Assembly (NCBI GenBank): GCA_019429305.1
Contig: JAHYIR010000002.1
Location: 43,574-107,573, forward strand
DNA from: Candidatus Cloacimonadota bacterium
GTDB lineage: Bacteria; Cloacimonadota; Cloacimonadia; Cloacimonadales; JAJBBL01
Direction: 5' to 3'
Length of the DNA: 64,000 nucleotides
Under the pieces are notes generated by a model. That model did no database searches. It saw nothing but the letters and a program-made list of their open reading frames with translations, and had not been told where the DNA came from. Shown in pieces: positions 10,525 to 20,211 of the stretch (the stretch's first letter is position 1; each line of letters begins with the position of its first letter). The position numbers and the translations under genes were made by a program.

Positions 10525-11865
10525 CTAATATGAGTTTTCAGGGATTTCAATGTTTTCTATAGTTTGTTGCTGGCTCTTTATTGCGAGATCTCGCCTGAAT
10601 AATCTGGTAATATCATTATAGAAAACAAAGATCATTAATGCTATGAGAATCATAAAACCAATTTGTTGGATCAAAGCTTGAGTCTTGAGTGGTATCGGCT
10701 TTTTGAATATTCCTTCAATAAAGTAAAAGAATATATGTCCACCATCCAGTATTGGGATTGGTAGGAGATTCATAATCATCAGAATTAAACTAATGGAAGC
10801 AACAAAATAGATTATTGCACCCCACCCCAAAGCTGTAGTTTGCTTGGACATGGCAACAATCATTACGGGTCCGCCAAGTTGGTCTTTTGCCATGATTGGC
10901 CTTGAAATCAGACGAAACAAGGCGTAGTAATTAACTACTATGAATGTAACCGTAGAAATAGCTCCATAATTTATCGATTGGAAAAAACCAAATCTTTGAA
11001 AATAACTGACCGGTTGTTTTTGAGTGATCCCGATCATTTTCTGTTCTGTATCGAATAAGATGTTCTTTTCCAATTCAATAGCAATAGTAAGAGTATCTTC
11101 CTCTCTTCTGATAGTGAGTTCGACTGTTTCTTGCTGATGATTAGCTATTAACTCTCGCATATCGTACCAACTGTCAACTTCTTGATCATCTACGGCAATA
11201 ACTAAATCATCTACCTGCAAACCTGCACGATAAGCAGGCATTCCGGGAGTTACCGAACCAACTATGGGTAACACTGCTGGCTGTATATCGGTATACCAAG
11301 TAGTGGGTTGTATATCTCTCGTTACCATTTTGATAAGTAGTTCATCCCTCAAAATAACAACTTCGTTGATATCATCTTTTCTTGTCTTCTCGGGTAACTG
11401 ACTCCAGTATTCAATATCATTATTGTTCAGAGCAACAATTTGATCCTGAGGTAATAATAGATTCTCGTACTGAGAAGATACTTTGCCAACTATTGGCTTA
11501 TGATCTTCAACTGTTCGACCAATCCAAAAAGAGAATGTAAACAACAATAAACCCAAGAGCAGATTCGCTATTGGTCCTGCAAATACAATAACAGCCCTTT
11601 GCCACCATTTCTTACCATAGAAGTCCTTATTGCTGAACTCTACTCCATCTTTTGGCTCATCTCCACTCATCTTAACATAACCACCGAGAGGAATTAAAGA
11701 TATAAGGAAATTTGTCCCTTTATATTTATATCCCAATAACTTAGGACCGAAGCCAATGGAAAACTTTTCTACTTCAACACCAAAAGAGCGAGCTGCAATA
11801 TAATGTCCAAACTCGTGAACAACTACAAGTATTCCTAGAACAATCAAGACACCTATGATAAACAA
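10525..11865 (-). CDS. rseP: RIP (site-2) zinc metalloprotease RseP
   Basis: 446 aa. HEFGHYIAA (HExxH) in TM1, a PDZ region (GMPAYRAGLQVDDLVIAVD) and LNLLPIPILDGGH in the C-terminal TM. Confidence 0.9.
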   Translation of the reverse strand: MFIIGVLIVLGILVVVHEFGHYIAARSFGVEVEKFSIGFGPKLLGYKYKGTNFLISLIPLGGYVKMSGDEPKDGVEFSNKDFYGKKWWQRAVIVFAGPIANLLLGLLLFTFSFWIGRTVEDHKPIVGKVSSQYENLLLPQDQIVALNNNDIEYWSQLPEKTRKDDINEVVILRDELLIKMVTRDIQPTTWYTDIQPAVLPIVGSVTPGMPAYRAGLQVDDLVIAVDDQEVDSWYDMRELIANHQQETVELTIRREEDTLTIAIELEKNILFDTEQKMIGITQKQPVSYFQRFGFFQSINYGAISTVTFIVVNYYALFRLISRPIMAKDQLGGPVMIVAMSKQTTALGWGAIIYFVASISLILMIMNLLPIPILDGGHIFFYFIEGIFKKPIPLKTQALIQQIGFMILIALMIFVFYNDITRLFRRDLAIKSQQQTIENIEIPENSY

Positions 11866-12069
11866 GACAATCCTCCAATATATGTTAAACTAAAATTGTT
11901 GTTCCCAAACTCTTTGCCACTGTGATAAGGTCAAGAGTTTTCTCGTATTTAAATTCTATTGAAATTTTTCTTCATAAAAAAGATTGACTTCGTATATTGA
12001 CTCGTTTTTTCTTAAATAGTTTCAATCTAAATTTATCTGTTTAAAGAAAGAATATATCGGAGGTATTAG

Positions 12070-12558
12070 ATGACAGATTTTTCAGTCAACGAGATTATTG
12101 AAATGGCAATCCAAATTGAAAAAAGTGGTTATGCTTTTTATGACGGTGCTTTACAAAGAAAAAACCTAAACGAAAAAGGAAGAGAATTATTGTTAAAACT
12201 TCGCGATCAAGAAAGACAGCATGAAATTACCTTTAATAATTTACACACTAAAGATGATTTTGAACTTTTAGACTTGGGTAGTGAACAAGAAGTCGTTAGT
12301 GATTATCTAAAATCAATCGTTAATTATAGAGTCTTTAATAATCCTAATGCAGCGATTAAGACTGTTGAACAGGCAAAAGATGAATTATCCTTGATAGAAA
12401 CTGCTATCAATTTTGAAAAGGATACTCTGCTCTATTTCCAAGGTATCAGAGATATAATAAAAGAGTCGAAAGCTAAAGATGTTTTGGAAAAAATAATCAA
12501 GGAAGAGATTTCTCACATACTCTGGCTTTCGCTATATAGAGATAAGATCATAGTTTAA
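12070..12558 (+). CDS. ferritin-like di-iron protein (rubrerythrin-family four-helix bundle, no rubredoxin domain)
   Basis: 162 aa. Two E...ExxH pairs (IQIEKSGYAFY...DQERQHE and INFEKDTLLYF...EEISHILW). GGAGG RBS 7 nt upstream of the ATG. Confidence 0.65.
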   Translation: MTDFSVNEIIEMAIQIEKSGYAFYDGALQRKNLNEKGRELLLKLRDQERQHEITFNNLHTKDDFELLDLGSEQEVVSDYLKSIVNYRVFNNPNAAIKTVEQAKDELSLIETAINFEKDTLLYFQGIRDIIKESKAKDVLEKIIKEEISHILWLSLYRDKIIV

Positions 12559-12612
12559 GAAATAACAACAACAGAAATCAGGACAGAACTTTACATAGGA
12601 GGAATTAATTAC

Positions 12613-14283
12613 ATGCTCAGTGATATAGAAATAGCTCAAAAGACTAAACTAAAAGGAATAACAGATATTGGAAAAACGATTGGTTTAAAACCCGAAGAAC
12701 TTGAACTTTACGGGAGCAGTAAGGCAAAATTAACTTATAAAGCCCTAAAAAGAATCGAAAAGTTGCCTTATGGTAAACTTATACTTGTTTCTGCCATTAC
12801 TCCCACTCCTGCCGGTGAAGGGAAAACAACAACTTCTATCGGGCTCTCTATGGCACTAAACAAGATTGGTAACAAATGTATAGTTGCTATTCGTGAACCA
12901 TCACTCGGACCGACTTTAGGAGTCAAAGGTGGTGCAGCCGGTGGCGGATATTCTCAAGTCCTACCTATGGAAGACATCAATCTTCATTTTACCGGTGATA
13001 TGCATGCTATAACAGCAGCTCATAATACACTCGCCGCCTTGGTTGATAATCATATTTATTCCGGTAATAAATTGAACATAGACCCTGTAAAAGTGGTCTG
13101 GCGAAGAGTATTAGACGTTAATGACCGATCCTTACGTCGTGTTATTATAGGGTTAGGTGGGAAAGGACAAGGAATACCAAGAGAAGAAGGATTTGATATT
13201 ACTTCAGCTTCCGAATTCATGGCTATCCTCTGCCTATCCAATAACCTTGATGAGTTAAAAGAAAAAATTGGTGACATCATAGTAGCTTATACTTTTGATG
13301 ATCAACCAGTTTCAGTGAGCATGTTAGGTGTACAAGGAAGTTTAGCAGCACTTTTAAAAGATGCCTTACGCCCAAATTTAGTGCAAACTACTGAGAATAC
13401 ACCTGCCTTTGTACATGGTGGTCCATTTGCCAACATAGCACAAGGTGCTAATAGTATTATTGCTACCAAAACTGCTCTTCGATTGGCTGATTATGTCGTC
13501 ACTGAAGCTGGGTTTGGTTTTGATTTAGGTGCTGAGAAATTCTTTGATATTGTTTGCCGCTATGGTCAATTCTGTACTTCCGCTGTTGTTTTAGTTGCAA
13601 CAGTTAGAGCTTTAAAAATGCATGGAGATGCAAAACTAAAGGATTTGGCATATCCCGACCCTGAAGCAGTAAAAAAAGGTCTGGTAAACTTAGAGAAACA
13701 CATAGAAAATATTAACAAGTTTGGCATGAAGTCAGTAGTTGCACTCAATCGCTTTTCTACCGACACAGAAAAAGAGATAAAAATTATTACAGACTTTTGC
13801 CGAAAAAAGAACACTGCTATCGAGATAGTAGATTATTTCCAAAAAGGAAGTGCCGGTGGTCTTAATCTGGCTGAAAAAGTCGTTGGCTTAATTGATAAAG
13901 AAAAGTGTGAATTGAATCCGCTCTATGATTGGAATTCTCCGGTAGAAGAAAAGATCTATAAGATCGCAACTGAAATTTACGGTGCAGTAAATATTGACTT
14001 CACTTCTTATGCTCGCAAAGAGTTAAAAAAAATATACAAACATGGCTTTGATAAGCTTCCTGTTTGTATTGCTAAGACTCAAAAATCTCTTTCTGATAAT
14101 CCAGAACTATTAGGAAGACCTAAAGACTTCTTAGTTACTGTTAGGGAGATTTTGGTAGCAGCAGGTGCAGGATTCTTGATCCCTATAACAGGAGAAATCA
14201 TGAGAATGCCGGGCTTACCAAAGAAACCGAACGCGGAGATCATCGATATAGATAACGATGGCAATATCAAAGGGTTGTCATAA
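12613..14283 (+). CDS. fhs: formate--tetrahydrofolate ligase
   Basis: 556 aa. ITPTPAGEGKTTTSIGL, EPSLGPTLGVKGGAAGGGYSQV and FANIAQG motifs. AGGAGG RBS. Confidence 0.95.
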   Translation: MLSDIEIAQKTKLKGITDIGKTIGLKPEELELYGSSKAKLTYKALKRIEKLPYGKLILVSAITPTPAGEGKTTTSIGLSMALNKIGNKCIVAIREPSLGPTLGVKGGAAGGGYSQVLPMEDINLHFTGDMHAITAAHNTLAALVDNHIYSGNKLNIDPVKVVWRRVLDVNDRSLRRVIIGLGGKGQGIPREEGFDITSASEFMAILCLSNNLDELKEKIGDIIVAYTFDDQPVSVSMLGVQGSLAALLKDALRPNLVQTTENTPAFVHGGPFANIAQGANSIIATKTALRLADYVVTEAGFGFDLGAEKFFDIVCRYGQFCTSAVVLVATVRALKMHGDAKLKDLAYPDPEAVKKGLVNLEKHIENINKFGMKSVVALNRFSTDTEKEIKIITDFCRKKNTAIEIVDYFQKGSAGGLNLAEKVVGLIDKEKCELNPLYDWNSPVEEKIYKIATEIYGAVNIDFTSYARKELKKIYKHGFDKLPVCIAKTQKSLSDNPELLGRPKDFLVTVREILVAAGAGFLIPITGEIMRMPGLPKKPNAEIIDIDNDGNIKGLS

Positions 14284-14329
14284 TCAATAGAGACATTAGT
14301 TATTATAATTAATTAACTGTCTATAGAAT

Positions 14330-14359
14330 AAAAAAAGGGGAGCAAGTTTGCTCCCCTTT
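14330..14359. terminator. bidirectional rho-independent terminator between fhs (+) and the giant surface-protein gene (-)
   Basis: A7 run, stem GGGGAGCA / TGCTCCCC (14337-14356) with loop AGTT, then TTT. Read on the minus strand the stem is followed by T7. Confidence 0.8.
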
Positions 14360-14378
14360 ACATTTATAGTGGTTATAC

Positions 14379-16782
14379 TTTATTTCATGAGGATCATTTT
14401 CTTGGTTGAGTTATATGATCCTGACTTCATTCTATAGAAGAAGATACCGCTACCGGCTTCTCTTCCCTGATCATTACGTCCATTCCAGACTACTGTATGA
14501 TAGCCCGCTTCCATATCTCCATTTACCAGTGTTCGAACTCGTTGACCCTTGACATTGTAGATCTCGATCGTTACATGAGAGAACTCTTTCAAGCTGAAAC
14601 TAATATTAGTATCAGGATTGAATGGATTCGGATAGTTGCCTCGAAGCTCAGTAACTAACGGAACTAAGATATTATCATCATCAGTGCCGACAAAAGATAT
14701 CTCTTCGGTCTCGACTGCCTCAGCTTCTCCTGATGTATATTGAGCTATTACTCCATAGACATAGGTTCCGGTCGGAACGTTAAGATCCGTGTAAGTTAAC
14801 TCTTGCAGACCTTCTACTAGTACTACATCGTTACGCATTACCTTATAACCGGTAAAGGCACGATTAGGTTCAATGTCTCTTTGAATTGAGCTTGTTCGTG
14901 TTGTTTGGCTGGTTCCTTTAGATTCACTGATCAGATCGGTTGCTCGGAATGTCATATCGCCTACACTGATATCATCTACATACCAGATATACCAGAGACC
15001 ATCATTAGTCGGTCCATCTACTGCCTGCCATGCCAACATGATCTCCTGTCCGGCATAACTTGCCAAAGATACACTCATTGGAGTATTGTAATAATTCCAA
15101 CCTCCGGTCATAGCTGATAGGTCTTGCAGCACAGTCCAATTACTACCGCCATCTGTTGATACTTTCACATAGTAATGGTCGGCATAGGTTGATCCTAAGT
15201 AACCTACAGTCCAGTATACAAGCTCTGCATTCGGAGGACATACAAACTCAGGGGTCTTTAACCATTCATCCTGATGATTGTAACTCCACCAGAGACCACA
15301 ATGATACTGTCCAATTGGACTATAATCTGCTGATGAGTAGTTATTCACTGTCCAGTAACCCGGGGTAGGACCACTGGCATCGGTATTGACTCCCGTTATT
15401 GCCCAACCAGCAGGTAATTGACCTGTCTCGAAACCGTTCTCCCAATATTCACCAAAGGTATGACCCGGTTCGTACCAGTTCAAGGTGATATTGTTGTTAT
15501 CAAAGATATCATAAGTCAGTTCGACTACTGGCAGTAACAACTCTATCAGTTCGATATCATACATGAACGTATCGTCTAAGATAGGCACACCAAAGGCCTC
15601 ATAATGCTCGAAGCCTGCTAAATGTGCTTCTATCGTATAAGTTCCACGCCAGACATTAGGAAATACTACTATACCACTTGCCGGTGATGACATGGTATAT
15701 ACATGGTTCGGATCACCATCATCATTGATTAAGGTAACTAGCGTTCCCGTAACAGGATCTCCTGAGTTGGTTGTCAAGTTAATGGTTACCAGTGAGGTCA
15801 TGCTGTGTTCCAAGGTATTGGAAAACGCAGGTGCTGACAGAACATTATTGGTGTAGATCGCCTTGATCGCATATTGGTATACACCGGCATCCAAGGTTGA
15901 CCACTCTGTATCAGTATAAGTTGTATCGGTTGGTGATGTTATCGTTCCTATCTCGGACCAGAGGTTTTCATTACCCTGATCCTGAGCTAAGAAACGATAT
16001 GCTAAATATCCCTCTAATGCTCTGGTCTCACGGTTAATTTGTGCTTGAGCTTCATATCCGATAGCTCGTTCTCTGCTCTTATAAACAGGACCATCTACCT
16101 TGATACCTCTGGGACTGCTACTACCGGTTGATAAACCGATCACTTCTCTACTAGGTCTGGAATCCATTGCTCTCGTATCTCTACTTACGGCTACTTCTTC
16201 TGCTGTACGGGTTAACTCACCATAATCATAACCTATCGCCCTGAGCAGATAGCTTACAAAGAAAGAGAAATTCTCGATCGGATCCCAAACATTTCCTGTA
16301 TAATCTCCAGTGAAGAACTGGGTATTAGGAACAAATGCCCAAGGGTCTCCTAATCCATCATCTGTTGCTAAACCCAAGAATCCGGCGTAACTGAGACCAA
16401 CCAAGAAACCATTAGGTGCATCGATAGGATCCGGTAATTCAAATACATTCCATTGCATATCAACATTGGGAACATTCATCTGGGAGAAGAGTATATCGTT
16501 ACCATTGGGCATACCTGCTGCATTCAAACCAAAGATGAACAGATTGATCGCATTGTGAGGACCACCCTCGCTGGTGGTCATCCAGGTTACTTCATGGATC
16601 TGGGCATCTCTTCTATGGACAGCTCCCAGTACGGTATTATTGGTTCCACCGGTGCTCCCTAACTGAGCTACCTGTACTCCGTCATCATATCGGAACTCAG
16701 TTAATACACCGCTACCCGGTGTGTTCCAGATCAGATCTACATTGTTCTCTGCTGTAAGTTCTGCTATTACGTTAGATACAGG
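14379..16782. repeat. copy 1 of a 2,404-bp apparently perfect direct repeat (3' cassette of the giant gene)
   Basis: Matches 20212-22615 at offset 5,833. The main-frame translation (800 aa) is identical. Three off-frame ORFs in the track are also identical (14905-15117=20738-20950, 15156-15368=20989-21201, 16453-16662=22286-22495). Confidence 0.9.
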
Positions 16783-19700
16783 GAAGGGGATTTCTGTAAC
16801 CATAACATCAAGTACTGTTACATCTTGTATTGGAATATTTGATTGAGTATAAGTAGCATAACCGGTTAAGGTTACTTCCAGATCATAATTACCCTGCAAT
16901 ACATTATTGAATTGAGCTACAGCAGGAAATGATCCAACTGCTACTTGGGTATAGACAGGACTATTACCGTCAGGATCCTGATCAAGGCAGAAAAGTGTAA
17001 CTTCAGCTCCTTCAGCACTAGTGCCATCATTAGTAGTAATATTAACGGTCACATTGGTTGTTAAATCTTTACCTACCCAGTTGGAGATAGCTGCTGCAGA
17101 AACAACATCATTAGTATGTACTGACTTCACACCATACCGATAATATCCACCATCAACAGTAGCCCAACCATTATCGGTATATGTGGTATCAGTAACTGTC
17201 GCTAATTCTACCCAGTTATCTTCATTATCCGTATCTTCATTGAGGAAACGGTAAATCCTAAATCCCTCAAGGACTCTATTAGAATCTCTGAAATTTCGAG
17301 AAGATAATTGTCCAATACTATCAATAAAGCTCTGGTCAATATTATCTGCTCTTCTTCCTTGAGGTTCTGAACCGATATATACATCATCTATATACCAACC
17401 GGCATAATTTACAACAGTAGTTGCGTAGTGTTCAAAGACAATTTCAACTTCAGATAAACCATCAAAAGCTGAAAGATCTATCACTACCTCTTGCCATTGA
17501 GTATTTGTGTAATCCCATGCCGGTCCCCAAACAATCTGACCATTTACTCTTACCTGACCATAATCAAAATTACCGAAAGAATCGTTCCAGCTCCAGAAGA
17601 TCATAGTAGCATCGGTGAAAGTAGTAAAGTCAAATGTCTGAGACAGATAACTAAAACCACCGGAATTAGTGTGATTGGTAAAAATCACAGTTCCCCATAA
17701 TCCTGTACCTGAATAAGCAAACGGTGGTGGTGTTGCGGTATCTGAACCGGAATTATACCAGTTATTAACATCATAATTGTTTGCCCATTCCCAGTCACCT
17801 ACAGGATGCCAATCTGCTGTAGCTTCCCAGCCACCATCATCATTTTCGAAATCTGAGAAGTAGTAATCAATAGCTAAAGGTGAACTCCAGATCAAATCAA
17901 CATAGGTATCATCAGGACTCTGAGTAGCAACAACATTGTAAGGTGGATAAGCGATCTCATCAACAATGATAACACCAACATCCAGATCCACTTCACCCAC
18001 TGTAACCTGACCTGTATAGGGAGCATAACCCTCTACCATTACACTGATATTGTAGGTTTGATTAGTATATACCCCGGGTATAGAAAACATCCCATTAGCG
18101 CCGGTTGTTGTGCTATAGTTTTCGTAACCGGTAAGATTTACTAGACCACCTACCAATCCTACGGTCGGTTGATCACTCCCAACTACCTGACCTGATACTG
18201 TAACGTTATCAAGCTGTACTAAATAGAAGGAGATGGTTGTAGTCTCGTCTTCTTCAACTAAAACGTCTTCTAATATCAGATCATTATAGCCAAAGATAGA
18301 TGCTTTAACATCATAAGTCCCTTCCGGTACATAAGGGAATACAAAATAACCATTATTATTGGTTACAGCGTTATAGTTGGTGCCGATTACCTCTACAGCA
18401 GCCCCTGCTAAAGGATCATTTGTGTCGCTGTTATAAACATATCCGTCTAAAACACCCATACCGGCTGTAACAAAATACAAAGTTGTATTAGGAACTCGAT
18501 TTGTCAGAGTACCAGTAGTGGGTGGATTGTCAGGAAAGTATTCCGTAGCATCAGCTTGCACATTCCTTGATCTATTGGCAAATGCTGTCACGGAATAAAA
18601 GAAATGATTCGTAGATTGATAATATTGAGTATCCATTGGTCTATTGGCTAATATTACCAGATTCGAACCACTATAAGCATAAGGATTCTGTAAAGCAATA
18701 TTAATCGTATTCTGACCAATAGGAAAATCAATTGTACCGTCAAATACTAATTGCAGCTGGGTAGCTGGTATCCAACCAGCAGATAGGTTATCAAGATCTG
18801 TCTCTCCTACCCAGATCTTTACTGGCATGTTCGGTAAATCTTGGGTAAAATTGCTATAATATGTGATCCCCGTTAACAAGCCACCAATATTGAGCTCCGA
18901 AGCCATGTAGATAGTCTGAGACATACTGTTTCTATAGAAAAAGTTGAGAGGTAAAGTGTTAGCTGTTGTTGTATCTGTTCCTATATTAACCGCTGCCGTG
19001 CCGGATGGTTGTACTGCCACATTCAAGTTCGGTGTAATATTGTTACCGGGAACTTCATCATCAGTTAACACTACCTCACCGTACAGATAAGTTGCTCCCG
19101 CCACATCAGGCGTCCAGGTAAAGACATAGTCAATAACTTGGCCTTGTTCTATTGTGGTACCGGCAGTAGAACCAAGTTCAATTCCACCCTCTTGCATCAA
19201 CTTAACAGTATAATCGGACTGAGTATTCATACCTGCATTACGAACTGCAATAGTATAATCAACCGGAATACCAACCGTCGCACTATTAGGACCTGTTAAG
19301 CTCAATGCCTGTAGGTCGTTATCAAAAGATCCTTCAATAGCTAAATGATAAATCCTCCACCAGTTGATATTCCAGGTACTTGTCCCCCAGGAACGGAAAC
19401 GTAGTTGAACGTCCTGATTTTGGAACGGTACTAATGACAATGTTAACAGTTGACCTCCATCAGCACCCCAATCAGTTCCACTGTGAGTCCATAGAACTGT
19501 TGGTGTCCCGTCAACAAGCACTGCTATCTCGAATGCCTCATCTACATAAGAATAGTAATTAACCCATTGCGTAACATGCAGATCACCCGCATTATCCGGG
19601 ATCGTTATTACTGGGGAAGTAGCCGAAAAATTATAGTTCTCGGTTGTGGGTGACCAGTAAAACTGAAGATAACCGGATGTTATGGACCAATGAGATTCTA

Positions 19701-19821
19701 AAGTCCAAGTACCCGGATCCACAGCAAAATCTTCTTCCCAAACAAAGGTCTGACCGTAAATGAAAGTAGTCATCACTAAGATCGAAAAGACTAATAACAG
19801 CTTAAAATGATTTGTTTTCAT
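14380..19821 (-). CDS. giant secreted adhesin-like protein with T9SS type-A C-terminal sorting domain
   Basis: 1813 aa with a signal peptide (LLLVFSILVMTTFIYGQ). Contains CARDB-like, carboxypeptidase-regulatory-like (GYVYNSDTNDPLAGAAVEV), FN3-like and MAM/choice-of-anchor-like modules. No catalytic motif recognised. The C-terminus NYPNPFNPDTNISF...SGIFFYRMKSG...KKMILMK is a Por-secretion-tail type domain. Confidence 0.85.
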   Translation of the reverse strand: MKTNHFKLLLVFSILVMTTFIYGQTFVWEEDFAVDPGTWTLESHWSITSGYLQFYWSPTTENYNFSATSPVITIPDNAGDLHVTQWVNYYSYVDEAFEIAVLVDGTPTVLWTHSGTDWGADGGQLLTLSLVPFQNQDVQLRFRSWGTSTWNINWWRIYHLAIEGSFDNDLQALSLTGPNSATVGIPVDYTIAVRNAGMNTQSDYTVKLMQEGGIELGSTAGTTIEQGQVIDYVFTWTPDVAGATYLYGEVVLTDDEVPGNNITPNLNVAVQPSGTAAVNIGTDTTTANTLPLNFFYRNSMSQTIYMASELNIGGLLTGITYYSNFTQDLPNMPVKIWVGETDLDNLSAGWIPATQLQLVFDGTIDFPIGQNTINIALQNPYAYSGSNLVILANRPMDTQYYQSTNHFFYSVTAFANRSRNVQADATEYFPDNPPTTGTLTNRVPNTTLYFVTAGMGVLDGYVYNSDTNDPLAGAAVEVIGTNYNAVTNNNGYFVFPYVPEGTYDVKASIFGYNDLILEDVLVEEDETTTISFYLVQLDNVTVSGQVVGSDQPTVGLVGGLVNLTGYENYSTTTGANGMFSIPGVYTNQTYNISVMVEGYAPYTGQVTVGEVDLDVGVIIVDEIAYPPYNVVATQSPDDTYVDLIWSSPLAIDYYFSDFENDDGGWEATADWHPVGDWEWANNYDVNNWYNSGSDTATPPPFAYSGTGLWGTVIFTNHTNSGGFSYLSQTFDFTTFTDATMIFWSWNDSFGNFDYGQVRVNGQIVWGPAWDYTNTQWQEVVIDLSAFDGLSEVEIVFEHYATTVVNYAGWYIDDVYIGSEPQGRRADNIDQSFIDSIGQLSSRNFRDSNRVLEGFRIYRFLNEDTDNEDNWVELATVTDTTYTDNGWATVDGGYYRYGVKSVHTNDVVSAAAISNWVGKDLTTNVTVNITTNDGTSAEGAEVTLFCLDQDPDGNSPVYTQVAVGSFPAVAQFNNVLQGNYDLEVTLTGYATYTQSNIPIQDVTVLDVMVTEIPFPVSNVIAELTAENNVDLIWNTPGSGVLTEFRYDDGVQVAQLGSTGGTNNTVLGAVHRRDAQIHEVTWMTTSEGGPHNAINLFIFGLNAAGMPNGNDILFSQMNVPNVDMQWNVFELPDPIDAPNGFLVGLSYAGFLGLATDDGLGDPWAFVPNTQFFTGDYTGNVWDPIENFSFFVSYLLRAIGYDYGELTRTAEEVAVSRDTRAMDSRPSREVIGLSTGSSSPRGIKVDGPVYKSRERAIGYEAQAQINRETRALEGYLAYRFLAQDQGNENLWSEIGTITSPTDTTYTDTEWSTLDAGVYQYAIKAIYTNNVLSAPAFSNTLEHSMTSLVTINLTTNSGDPVTGTLVTLINDDGDPNHVYTMSSPASGIVVFPNVWRGTYTIEAHLAGFEHYEAFGVPILDDTFMYDIELIELLLPVVELTYDIFDNNNITLNWYEPGHTFGEYWENGFETGQLPAGWAITGVNTDASGPTPGYWTVNNYSSADYSPIGQYHCGLWWSYNHQDEWLKTPEFVCPPNAELVYWTVGYLGSTYADHYYVKVSTDGGSNWTVLQDLSAMTGGWNYYNTPMSVSLASYAGQEIMLAWQAVDGPTNDGLWYIWYVDDISVGDMTFRATDLISESKGTSQTTRTSSIQRDIEPNRAFTGYKVMRNDVVLVEGLQELTYTDLNVPTGTYVYGVIAQYTSGEAEAVETEEISFVGTDDDNILVPLVTELRGNYPNPFNPDTNISFSLKEFSHVTIEIYNVKGQRVRTLVNGDMEAGYHTVVWNGRNDQGREAGSGIFFYRMKSGSYNSTKKMILMK

Positions 19822-20139
19822 AAATTTTTCCTCATAATTTTGTTTTGTTGGTTATCTGACTAACATTTGATAATCGATATTAAGTACATATACTTCATAT
19901 CCCTAAGATGATAAAAAATTCTTCACAGCAAATTTGATAATCGAAGTTATCATTCACTATTTAATCAATTTTAAGGTATTATCCATGATAAATGTTCCTC
20001 ATCTCCACCGTAGATACTATAAATTTCCCATATTCAAATTGATAGGATAGTATCTAAGAACTATATCTTTTTAGTCAACCTTTTTTATCGGAGAATTTGT
20101 TAGGGCGATTTTTAAAACAAGAATGTTCAATGATAAAGC

Positions 20140-20173
20140 AAAAGGGACGCATAGCTTATATGCGTCCCTTTTG
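20140..20173 (-). terminator. rho-independent terminator downstream of the 1758-aa gene
   Basis: Stem GGGACGCATA / TATGCGTCCC (20144-20168) with loop GCTTA, flanked by A4 and T4. Located 40 nt 3' of the stop codon. Confidence 0.8.
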
Positions 20174-20211
20174 TAGAATTATTTACTCCGATTAATATCG
20201 GAACTCAAGTG

